From positions 1 through 53,922 of the IMG/VR virus record IMGVR_UViG_3300040806_002192: a stretch of DNA of 53,922 bases, one strand, 5' to 3'. Both the position numbers and the translations under genes were made by a program. This stretch comes from a virus. Taxonomy: Duplodnaviria; Caudoviricetes. The notes beneath the pieces were generated by a model, which saw nothing but the letters and a program-made list of their open reading frames with translations, was not told where the DNA came from and ran no database searches. The stretch's first letter is position 1. Every line of letters begins with the position of its first letter. Below, in pieces: positions 1 to 9,079 of this stretch.

Positions 1-2
1 AG

Positions 3-1325
3 GGCTCTGAAGATACGCCATTACACCGTATTTCACATGTGATTAACTCGCCTTTTGTTAAAACTGATAAAGTGGGTTATAGATATATGAAACGTGCAGT
101 AATTCCTGAATATGCTCAAGGAAGTTTAGGCAGTGCGGCGGCGGAAGGGTATAATTTAGCTATTGATAAATATAATTATAATGAAGCTGTTAAAGAAGAC
201 TTTGACAATTTACTAGAGGAAGAAACAGAAGGTTTAATTATAGAACAAGACTTTACAGGAAAAGAATTTCAACAAGATTTTTTAGAGTTTGGTCAAAGAG
301 AAAAGTTAAAAGTAGCTAATGCGGTTGCTGAATACGCTAAAGGTAATATAAGCAAAATTGAATTAGAAAATATAAAGTTAGAAGCAAAAAGTGCTGTAGA
401 TAATTTTGCTGCAGCGGGTAATAACTTAAAAGTGCTTAGATCAGATTTTTTAAAGCAAGTTGAAAATGGAACTATTGATATAGGCGCATCAAAAAAACAA
501 CATGCAGATTTTTTAAATACATTATTAAAATCACCTGACAATTTAACAATAAAAAATATTAATGGTGCAGATTATGTTGTGGGAAAAACAATGAAAGGCG
601 AAAATTTACAAATACCCATTTCAAAGTTAGCCGATGGAACTGCTAGTTTTGGTTTAAACCCAAAAGCTGATTTGTCTTCAATATCATCTAATGCGCTAAA
701 AATAGTACAAAATTTACCAAAGAAAGAAGGTAGAACCCAGTTTGGCGTAGGTACATCTACTGCTAGCCTTGAAGACGCAGAAAAGGCATCTATGTCATAT
801 TTTAAAAATCTTTTAAGTAAGGATGAAAACTTACTGAGATCTGTTGTTTCTCAAACTGCTGGTTTGGGTTATGATCAATTTGAAGAAGCTATGGGTGAGG
901 ACAAGCAAGCTGATATGACAGAAATGATTAATGATGCCAGCTCATATCTTTTTAAAAATTACATTGCTCCTGTTTATGGGCAAGAAACAACAACTAGAAA
1001 GTTTGATACTACTGAAAAACAATACAGACCTACAGCTGGAGAAAGGGAAGTACAAAGAATAAAAGCTTTATTTGACTCTAAAGGTAACATTACTAAAAAT
1101 AATTATAAAGAATTTTTAACTTTAGTGCCGGGTTTTGAAAAAAATTACAGATCAATAATAAAAGATGGCAAATTGCAAATTGGTAAGGGAAAAGATTTGG
1201 TTGCTAACATTGACCTATCAAATCCAACTTTAGCAAAACAACAATTAGCAAATTTAGCCGGAGTAACTGGCTATTCTGGACCTACATATGATGCTACATC
1301 ATTAATACAAAAATATTCAAAATAA
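3..1325 (+). CDS. Putative virion/internal (ejected) protein, 5'-truncated by window edge
   Basis: The frame of the 39..1325 ORF stays open back to position 3 (GSEDTPLHRISHVINSPF...), so the real start is probably outside the window. Helical, charged protein lying just before the giant protein. Confidence 0.55.
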   Translation, partial: GSEDTPLHRISHVINSPFVKTDKVGYRYMKRAVIPEYAQGSLGSAAAEGYNLAIDKYNYNEAVKEDFDNLLEEETEGLIIEQDFTGKEFQQDFLEFGQREKLKVANAVAEYAKGNISKIELENIKLEAKSAVDNFAAAGNNLKVLRSDFLKQVENGTIDIGASKKQHADFLNTLLKSPDNLTIKNINGADYVVGKTMKGENLQIPISKLADGTASFGLNPKADLSSISSNALKIVQNLPKKEGRTQFGVGTSTASLEDAEKASMSYFKNLLSKDENLLRSVVSQTAGLGYDQFEEAMGEDKQADMTEMINDASSYLFKNYIAPVYGQETTTRKFDTTEKQYRPTAGEREVQRIKALFDSKGNITKNNYKEFLTLVPGFEKNYRSIIKDGKLQIGKGKDLVANIDLSNPTLAKQQLANLAGVTGYSGPTYDATSLIQKYSK

Positions 1326-1329
1326 TTTT

Positions 1330-4300
1330 ATGAACGAGCTAGAACAAATCGTACAAAGAATGATTGACGCAGGAGAGCCCGAAGCGGCTATTGCTGCAGT
1401 TATACAAGAGTATAATCAATCTGTAGGTTCGGGAAAGACGGATGCCGCTGCGGAGGAGACTGCGACTGTAGTGGCAGATCAACCAAGCGAATTGGGTTTG
1501 CAGTCGGGAAATGGTTTATCGGAGCAACGTTACAGCCACCCAGATGAAGATAGAGGGTTTTTTGATGCTTTAATTTTTGAGCCATTAAGTAAAGGTATAG
1601 CTCAGGGAGGCTCTAGTGATGAAACCTATGATGTATTTTTAGGTGGGGATTTTTCTCCGGAAGCTTTAAAAACCTTAAGAGAGGCTGACAGAAAAGTAAT
1701 GGAGTCTGGAATGACGAAAGAGGGTATGGCTTATGAAGCTGCCGTTAATAAAAGAATAGAAGACGGCGAAAACCCTATACTTGCTTATTTTAAAGAATTG
1801 CCTAATAATAAAATGGGAGCTGCCCAATATATGATACAGTCCCAGACCGCGGCAGCAACTGCGGGTTTAGAAAATCCTGAAATATCACTTACTGCAGCTG
1901 GAGCTGGTGCTTTGGCAACAGGAGCTATTGGGTCAGCCGCTAGCCCCGTTGGAACAGCTATTGGTGCTGGAATTGGTGGAGTTAGAGGCTTTATGTCTGG
2001 ATCAATGCTTGCTTTAGAGGGTGCATCAAGAATGAGCGAATTAGCCAAAGAATGGTTTGAAGAAAATAATTTAGATTGGAATAAAGATAGTGATTGGCAA
2101 AAGCTTAAAAACGATGAATCTGCCTTGCGCGAGATACAGCTAAGAGGAATGGGGGCAGGCCTTACTATCGGAGCTGCTGAGTACTTTGGTGGTAAGCTAG
2201 GCGGAAAGCTAGTATCAAAAGCAGTAGGTGCGGTCGGCGGTAAAGTGGCGAAAGCAGCTACTAAAACGGTTGGATCATTAGCTTCTGAGGCTACAGTCGG
2301 CGGCTTGGGCGAAGCCGGTGCATTGGGGGTTATGGGAAGAGACATAACCAGTACCGAAAGCTTAAAAGAAATTGGTATGGAATCTGTTATAGGTATGGTT
2401 GGGGCACCAATTACTGCGGCCCAAGCTACTCTTGAGCAGGTGAAAGCTAAAAACAAATATATTGTTAATGGCGGTAAAACAACAGATAAGTCAAAAGTAA
2501 ACAATATAATAAATAATGCAAGTGATAAAGACTTTGTAAATATAAAAATAAAATCTGACGATAAAAAAGTTAATCAAAAAATTAAAAGTCGCAGAGAAAA
2601 AATTATAAAAGAAGATAAAAACCTTATAAAAAACAAAGTTGAGCCGCAAACCATTACTGACCAAAAGAAAAAGCTTGATTCAGATATTCAGCAAACTGAA
2701 ATTGATATTGCTAATGTAAAAGAACAGGGCGACAATCTATCAGCATTGCCTTTTGAAACAAGGCTTAAAGATTTAAAAGACAAAAGAGCTGCGCTTGATA
2801 AAATTGTTCAATACCAATTAGACGAGTTAAGTGAACAAGAATCTATGGATTTAATGGATATGGATGATGACATATCTCTGTACCAGTCTATAGTAAATGA
2901 TCCCCTGTCAACTGAGGCAGCTAAAAAAGAAGCACAAAAGCAATTAGACTTGCTAAAAGTACAACAGGTTCAAACTTTTATGAATCCTAATACTATAGAC
3001 TCGCGTAACCCTGATGGTCCTAAAAGTCAAAAAAATATTGATCTTTCTAGAAAAACTCAAGAAGCTTACGAAAGAGGTGATATTGACGGGGTTATTGAAG
3101 CACAGCAGGGCCTTATATCCTCTATTGCAACGTCTTTATGGTCTAGAGTGCCGAAAGAAAAACAAGTTGGTACATACGAAGGGTTTAAAGCGGCTCTTGT
3201 TACATCTAAAAGCGGGATGTTAGACATGCTTGCATCTTATAAATCTGAAACAGGCGTTCCTTTAGCGGCTTATCTTGGAGACAGGCAAAAAGGGTTAAGA
3301 GTTAGAGCTAATCGTATAATAAAAGAACTAACTAAACAAGACTTTGAAGTTAGCACTGATTCAACAGAAGTATTAAACTCTTTTTCTGATAGTGAAACAA
3401 ATATTGATGACATAGATATTTATGGTCCTAAATATAATTCACAAAAATTAGGTTTAGGAACTAACCTACTAGAAGAAGCTTCTAAAGATGTTGAATTAGC
3501 TACTCAAAAAATAGAAAATGAATTAGCTAAAGCTGATGAAAAAGCTAAACCTTTAACCCAAAAACAAAGACAATCTAAAGCTGAAAAAGCTTTTAACAGT
3601 GTTTTTAAAAATAAATATGCAAAAAGAGTTAAAGATAAAATTGGTAAAAAACTAGACAAAGAAAAGTACATTAGAGATAATGTTACTACTTTGAAAAAAA
3701 TAGTTTTAGCTAATCGTGATTTTCAAAAGGGTAATCAAGGGTTGGCTAAGGACTGGAATAAATATCCACCATCTGACCAAGCTTTTGTAGATTATTATAT
3801 GGGTACTGACACTAGCAACGCTCAGGCTATTAGCGATAGAAAAAAATCGTTAGCGGAAGCTGTATCCGATCAAATAGGCAAGGACGCTAGAAATAACTAT
3901 TTTGAAGGTAAAGAAGCCGAACGTGCAGAAATAGGCGAAAGATTAGGTATAGCTTATTCAGAAGACCTTGAGGTTAAAAAAATAAGAATATTTGATTTTG
4001 ATGATACTTTGGCGCAGAGTAATTCACAAGTGCTATACACGCTACCTGATGGAACTACTGGAAAGCTCAATGCAACCGAGTTTGCAAAACAATATGAAAA
4101 GCTAAATAATGAGGGCGCTACATTTGATTTTTCTGAATTTAGTAAAGTTATAGACGGTAAGAAAGGGCCTTTGTTTGAAGTAGCGCAAAAAATAAATGCG
4201 GCTAGGGGTAATGAAGACTTATTTGTTCTTACAGCTAGACCGGAAGATTCAGCTGGGGCTATACAAGAATTTTTAAAAGCAGCAGGTTTAGATTTTAGAA

Positions 4301-7300
4301 AAGAAAACATTATTGGTTTAGGCGATGGAACCGCACAGGCTAAAGCTGATTGGGTACAAAGCAAGATTAACGAAGGTTATAATGACTTTTACTTTGCAGA
4401 TGATGCTATTAAAAATGTAGAAGCTGTAAAACAAGTTCTTGATAATGCCGATGTTAAAGGCAAGGTCCAACAAGCTAAAGTATACCAAGAAGTTATTGAA
4501 GAGATAACCGGCGATAATCAAGTTTCCGAACAAGAATACCAATCCCGGCTTGAAGAATATAATAAATTAACCACATCTATAGCTAATCAAATAGCAAAAT
4601 TAACCGGGAAAGACCCTAAGGATGTCAAAAAAGAGTTAAGTAGCCGGAGAGGACAACTAAGAAGTGATTCTAGCAAAACAATAAAATTTATTGAAAAAGT
4701 ATTACCAAAATTCATGAGTCGCGGAACAATGGAATACCTACGCAATACTTTTACAACGTCTAGTTCTAATAGGTTGCAATACCCTTCTTCAGGAGCTTAC
4801 CAAGAGGCTTTGGCAATTATGGAATTTATTAACCCCGAATTGCTTACAAAAGAAGATAAAAAAGCTTTAAGTAAAATTAAATTTAGACCATCACCTGTAA
4901 GTAAGGACATGAGAGCTAAAATGTCTCAGGAAGAATTAGCTGAAAGAATGCTAAAAGATTATAAAAAATTATACGATTCTATTTTTTCAGATCCTAAAGC
5001 TTATGCTAATAAAAGAAAAGCACAAGAAAAAATGCTTTACAATTTATTAAAAGGCTTTGAAAAAGCTTATTCTAACGATAATGCTTTTGAGTTGGCCGCT
5101 ATATTTTTAGGGCAAAGCGAAAGCATGCAACATTTCATACGGTCCTTAGCTATACCTAAAGTTTTTGCAGATCCAAGCACGCTAACGGCCAAAGATATTA
5201 TATTCAATAAAGATGGTGTTCCTAAACTAATAGAAGAAGAGCATTCTTTTAAAGCTGTTTTAGCTGCGAATACTATGTTTAACATGGTTTCAAACGGCAC
5301 GGTTGATGCAAATTTTGATAAATTAATGACTTTATACTTTCAAACAGGTTTATTAGTTAATGATAATAACAAACTAAACGCTAAATATAAAGACACTATG
5401 GCCCCAGGTACTATTTTTGGGGACCCATTAATAACATTAAAAACATATCAAGAAGTAGGTATTGATTTAACTAGATACACGTCTCTAATAAATGAAGTTG
5501 CAGAAAAATTAAACATAGATTCCAAAGGTGCACTAAAGCTAGTAGAGGTTGAGGAGTTAGCTAAAGACGAGATACCAGATAAATTACAGTCTGCTGTACA
5601 AATGCAAGAAGATCTTAATCCTAATCCCGAATTATCTAATAATGAAGCTGTAGAAGCTTTAAGTGATATGTTGGGTACTATTTATGGTATGGATGTGATC
5701 ACAACTAAAAAGGCTCTAGAAGAGGCTGGCTATAGCGAAGCAGATGTAAAAAAGGCTTTAAGAAGCTTTGGCTTTGAGGATTCTGAAAATGGTTATGTTT
5801 TTATAAATTCAGAAAAAGCAGGGCTAGATACAGCAATGCATGAGTTCACTCATGTTTGGGCTAACCTTGTTTTTGCAAAAGATCCCGAGCTATTTAATGC
5901 CATATATGATAAATTAAAATCTCACCCTAGGTATGCTGAGGCTATATCGAGAATGAGTAAAGGTGGATATGCAAATATTCCCGTTGACTCGTTTGGTTAT
6001 AAAAACGAAGTGATGGCTTACATACTCGGTGAAGAAGGTAAATCTCTTTATGAGGTATTTGCAGGAGATGCAGAGGCCAAAAGTTTAATTGATAAATTCT
6101 TTGACTATGTTAGAGAAGCTTTAGGATTTGATCCTACGGTAAAAAACTTTGCTGATTTAAATGTAGACCAAGTTGTTAAACTTGCTGTTAAAGATATGAT
6201 GGAGGGCAATCCTTCTGCTAACTTTAATAAGCTACAAAACGTTGCTGAAGGAAAAAGTTGGTATGCTAAGTCAGAAGCAGCACAAAGCCCTAGTGCTAAA
6301 GCTAAGGCTGACCCTTTAGTAAGGGCATTTAATAAACTAAAACTTTCATATAGAGCTAATAAAGATTTGGCACGCGCTATTAACGATGCTTATGCTGAGG
6401 TAGAAGGCTTAATGAGTTTTATGGATTTTGTTAAAATTGTATCTAAAAATACAAAAGAAATAAAAACCGGTAAAACAAATCAACTTCTTATAGCTAAAGC
6501 TGAAATAATTAAAGCTGATAAAATAGCTGAAGAAAGTGCTAAGAAACAAGCTGAAGATAAAGTAAATGAGGAGCAGGCTTCTAAGCTACAATCTATGTTT
6601 AGAAGAATTATTTATCAAGCAAAAGGTGAGGGAGCTAAGGCGTCAAGATGGTTTATTCCACCTAACGCTGAAGACTTCAAAGGTTTGCTATACGCATTCT
6701 TGCCTAAAGGTCAATTAGGTGTTGATGCACGCAAGTGGATGGAAGAGCATTTAATTAAGCCTTATTCTAATGGCATTGCTACTCTTGACACTGAAATACT
6801 TCATAAGTCTAAGGCTTGGACTGATATGTCTAAAGGCTTTAACTTTGAAGAAAAAGTTGGCGGTACACCATATACTTTAGGTGATGCTATTAAAGTTTAC
6901 AATGCGCTTAAAGAAGGTGTTGATCCAGGCATTGCTAAGAAAAAACATTTAGACGCACTTATACACGCTGTAGAAAGTAATTCTGAAGTATTAGATCTGG
7001 CCAATGAAGTTGCTGAATCATTCCCGATTAAACTTGAATCAGGTTGGCAAACAAGAGCGTTTGCTAAAGAAATTTATGATTCTATAAATAATGGTGCACG
7101 TAAAAGACATCTTGAAACATTTAGTAATAATGTTGATGCTGTATTTACAGATGCAACTCTTGATTTAATTGCAGACCAATATGGCGAAAAGTATAGACAA
7201 GCAATAGTATCTACACTGCGTAGAATGAAAAGCGGTAGAAATAGAGTATCTACTGATGCTAATGCAAACTCTTACATGAACTGGCTAAACAGAGCGGTAG

Positions 7301-8826
7301 GAACAACAATGTTCTTAAACACCCGTTCTGCTATATTGCAGTTGCTATCTACATTAAACTTTTTAGGGAAACCTGGTAATAATATATTCCAAGCTACTGC
7401 AGCATTTGCAAATCAAAAGCAATGGAAAGCAGATTATAATAAACTATGGAATAGTGATTATCTATCTAATAGACGTGATGGCGCGAAGTTTGATGTATTA
7501 GCAGATGAGATTGCAGAAGGACCGCAAGGTTTAAACAAGATACTTAAGTTTGGCTTTTTACCAACAAGGTATGCGGATAGCTTTGCTATTGCTCTTGGGG
7601 GTGCTGCATACTATAGGAATAGAGTTAATATGCTAATGAAGGAAGGAATGAGTGAGGCTGACGCTGAAGCTCAAGCTATGATTGATTGGAGAAATACTGC
7701 GGAAGAATCTCAGCAGTCTTCTGATCCATCTAAAATTTCTGAAATACAAGCATCGTCAATTGGTAAAATAATATATGCATTTGCTAATACACCGTTTCAG
7801 TACGCAAGGATAACAAAAAGAAAACTACAAGATATTACATCAGGTAGATCCGCAGCCGCTGGTACGGTGAGAACAGATATGCAATCTATATTGTACTATT
7901 CTGTTGGGCAAGCTATAATGTTTAACGCTCTACAAAGTGGCTTAGTGGCTTTATTAAATTCAGATGATCCTGAGGATGATGAAATGAAAAAAGAAAAGTA
8001 TGCATTATTAATAGAGCGTACTTTAACGTCTTTTGCTAAGTCCACAGGTAATCCTGGGGCTGTTGCTTCAACTTTATATGCAATGATGAAAGAAGGCTAT
8101 ATGCAGCAGACTGGTAAGAAAAGACCTGATGCAAATGCTTTTGCAATTACCGCTACATCTATATCTCCACCTTTAAATTCTAAGATGCGTGATTTAGCTG
8201 GTGCTTATAGAGCTTTTAATAAGATAGAAGAGGGTGATACATTTACACCGTCTTTAGACAATGAAGCTTTAACCATGGCGGGTGAAGTTGCATCATTTGG
8301 CGGTGTACCTTTAGATAGAGTAATTAGGAAAGCAAGACATTTGGCGGCAATTAAAAACGAAGAAGCCGAACTATGGCAAAAAATTTGGATGCTTGCTGGC
8401 TGGAGTAGCTGGGAGCTTGGTGTTAAAGAAAGTAAAGATACTGAGTTTAAAGCTATGGATTTTAAAGATGTAGATTTTAAAGAAGTTGAGTTTAAAGAAT
8501 CCGCATTTAAGAAATTAGAAAACGGCATAGCCGGAAGAGCAAACAATGATGGCACTATAGAGATAGACCCTAACCTATCTCCCGTCGAACGCGAAAAAAC
8601 TATTGCTCATGAAGAACAACACATGAAAGATATGGAAGCTGGAAAGCTTAATTATGATGATAATTATGTGTATTGGAATGACAGTAAGTATGAGCGCAAA
8701 AATGGTAAGATTATTTATAAAGGGAAATCTTATATAGAAGGCCATTCTAGTTTACCTTGGGAAAAGAAAGCATATGATGCTGAACCGAGTACCAAAGAAA
8801 TTAAGCGTAAAAAGTTATATGCTTAA
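1330..8826 (+). CDS. Giant polyvalent virion (probably DNA-ejection) protein: Gly/Ala hydrophobic N-terminal region, sigma70-r2-like segment, HAD-like domain, two HExxH metallopeptidase-like domains
   Basis: 2498-aa ORF at the end of the late strand. HAD motifs IFDFDDTL, LTARP and FADD lie at about 3980-4430. AMHEFTHVW at about 5833-5860 and IAHEEQH...PWE at about 8600-8765. The Gly/Ala-rich stretch at about 1830-2430 is typical of ejection proteins. Confidence 0.7.
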   Translation: MNELEQIVQRMIDAGEPEAAIAAVIQEYNQSVGSGKTDAAAEETATVVADQPSELGLQSGNGLSEQRYSHPDEDRGFFDALIFEPLSKGIAQGGSSDETYDVFLGGDFSPEALKTLREADRKVMESGMTKEGMAYEAAVNKRIEDGENPILAYFKELPNNKMGAAQYMIQSQTAAATAGLENPEISLTAAGAGALATGAIGSAASPVGTAIGAGIGGVRGFMSGSMLALEGASRMSELAKEWFEENNLDWNKDSDWQKLKNDESALREIQLRGMGAGLTIGAAEYFGGKLGGKLVSKAVGAVGGKVAKAATKTVGSLASEATVGGLGEAGALGVMGRDITSTESLKEIGMESVIGMVGAPITAAQATLEQVKAKNKYIVNGGKTTDKSKVNNIINNASDKDFVNIKIKSDDKKVNQKIKSRREKIIKEDKNLIKNKVEPQTITDQKKKLDSDIQQTEIDIANVKEQGDNLSALPFETRLKDLKDKRAALDKIVQYQLDELSEQESMDLMDMDDDISLYQSIVNDPLSTEAAKKEAQKQLDLLKVQQVQTFMNPNTIDSRNPDGPKSQKNIDLSRKTQEAYERGDIDGVIEAQQGLISSIATSLWSRVPKEKQVGTYEGFKAALVTSKSGMLDMLASYKSETGVPLAAYLGDRQKGLRVRANRIIKELTKQDFEVSTDSTEVLNSFSDSETNIDDIDIYGPKYNSQKLGLGTNLLEEASKDVELATQKIENELAKADEKAKPLTQKQRQSKAEKAFNSVFKNKYAKRVKDKIGKKLDKEKYIRDNVTTLKKIVLANRDFQKGNQGLAKDWNKYPPSDQAFVDYYMGTDTSNAQAISDRKKSLAEAVSDQIGKDARNNYFEGKEAERAEIGERLGIAYSEDLEVKKIRIFDFDDTLAQSNSQVLYTLPDGTTGKLNATEFAKQYEKLNNEGATFDFSEFSKVIDGKKGPLFEVAQKINAARGNEDLFVLTARPEDSAGAIQEFLKAAGLDFRKENIIGLGDGTAQAKADWVQSKINEGYNDFYFADDAIKNVEAVKQVLDNADVKGKVQQAKVYQEVIEEITGDNQVSEQEYQSRLEEYNKLTTSIANQIAKLTGKDPKDVKKELSSRRGQLRSDSSKTIKFIEKVLPKFMSRGTMEYLRNTFTTSSSNRLQYPSSGAYQEALAIMEFINPELLTKEDKKALSKIKFRPSPVSKDMRAKMSQEELAERMLKDYKKLYDSIFSDPKAYANKRKAQEKMLYNLLKGFEKAYSNDNAFELAAIFLGQSESMQHFIRSLAIPKVFADPSTLTAKDIIFNKDGVPKLIEEEHSFKAVLAANTMFNMVSNGTVDANFDKLMTLYFQTGLLVNDNNKLNAKYKDTMAPGTIFGDPLITLKTYQEVGIDLTRYTSLINEVAEKLNIDSKGALKLVEVEELAKDEIPDKLQSAVQMQEDLNPNPELSNNEAVEALSDMLGTIYGMDVITTKKALEEAGYSEADVKKALRSFGFEDSENGYVFINSEKAGLDTAMHEFTHVWANLVFAKDPELFNAIYDKLKSHPRYAEAISRMSKGGYANIPVDSFGYKNEVMAYILGEEGKSLYEVFAGDAEAKSLIDKFFDYVREALGFDPTVKNFADLNVDQVVKLAVKDMMEGNPSANFNKLQNVAEGKSWYAKSEAAQSPSAKAKADPLVRAFNKLKLSYRANKDLARAINDAYAEVEGLMSFMDFVKIVSKNTKEIKTGKTNQLLIAKAEIIKADKIAEESAKKQAEDKVNEEQASKLQSMFRRIIYQAKGEGAKASRWFIPPNAEDFKGLLYAFLPKGQLGVDARKWMEEHLIKPYSNGIATLDTEILHKSKAWTDMSKGFNFEEKVGGTPYTLGDAIKVYNALKEGVDPGIAKKKHLDALIHAVESNSEVLDLANEVAESFPIKLESGWQTRAFAKEIYDSINNGARKRHLETFSNNVDAVFTDATLDLIADQYGEKYRQAIVSTLRRMKSGRNRVSTDANANSYMNWLNRAVGTTMFLNTRSAILQLLSTLNFLGKPGNNIFQATAAFANQKQWKADYNKLWNSDYLSNRRDGAKFDVLADEIAEGPQGLNKILKFGFLPTRYADSFAIALGGAAYYRNRVNMLMKEGMSEADAEAQAMIDWRNTAEESQQSSDPSKISEIQASSIGKIIYAFANTPFQYARITKRKLQDITSGRSAAAGTVRTDMQSILYYSVGQAIMFNALQSGLVALLNSDDPEDDEMKKEKYALLIERTLTSFAKSTGNPGAVASTLYAMMKEGYMQQTGKKRPDANAFAITATSISPPLNSKMRDLAGAYRAFNKIEEGDTFTPSLDNEALTMAGEVASFGGVPLDRVIRKARHLAAIKNEEAELWQKIWMLAGWSSWELGVKESKDTEFKAMDFKDVDFKEVEFKESAFKKLENGIAGRANNDGTIEIDPNLSPVEREKTIAHEEQHMKDMEAGKLNYDDNYVYWNDSKYERKNGKIIYKGKSYIEGHSSLPWEKKAYDAEPSTKEIKRKKLYA
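8443..8511 (+). repeat. Degenerate 15-nt tandem repeat (pentapeptide xxxFK) inside the giant ORF
   Basis: gagtttaaagctatg / gattttaaagatgta / gattttaaagaagtt / gagtttaaagaatcc / gcatttaag = EFKAM DFKDV DFKEV EFKES AFK. Confidence 0.8.
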
Positions 8827-8827
8827 A

Positions 8828-8872
8828 TAAAAAAAAGGGGATGATACCAATTACGGCGTCATCCCCTTTAAT
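8828..8872. terminator. Bidirectional intrinsic terminator between convergent late and replication blocks
   Basis: Stem AAAGGGGATGA (8834-8844) / TCATCCCCTTT (8859-8869), with an A-run on the left and T-rich sequence on the right, between two convergent stop codons. Confidence 0.85.
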
Positions 8873-8875
8873 TAT

Positions 8876-9064
8876 TTAAAATAGTAATCCAATACCTAAA
8901 CCTACAATAGGTCCGATTATTGACCAACCTTCTAAAAACCTAATTTTATTAAGTTCTTTTTGCGTAAACACGTTGTCATTCGTATCAAGAATAACATTAG
9001 CTGCTTTTTGCTTGGCTTCAAGCAATTCAGCTTCTAACTTTTTTACTTTTTCTTTTAAAGTCAT
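8876..9064 (-). CDS. Small coiled-coil protein with C-terminal transmembrane helix
   Basis: 62 aa, C-terminus WSIIGPIVGLGIGLLF; in operon order after nrdA. Confidence 0.6.
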   Translation of the reverse strand: MTLKEKVKKLEAELLEAKQKAANVILDTNDNVFTQKELNKIRFLEGWSIIGPIVGLGIGLLF

Positions 9065-9079
9065 AATATATAATTTAAA

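Noticed and set aside
1785-2504. 239-aa antisense ORF and similar shadow ORFs (e.g. 37685-38272, 43827-44414, 16456-16872)
   Set aside because: They lie wholly within strongly supported genes on the opposite strand or in another frame, have no motifs, and are expected from codon bias.
3988-4010. DFDD in the giant protein as the catalytic motif of a crAss-type virion RNA polymerase
   Set aside because: The context is hhhDxDDT followed by TAR and DD motifs, which is HAD. It is not DxDGD/DFDID in a double-psi barrel context.
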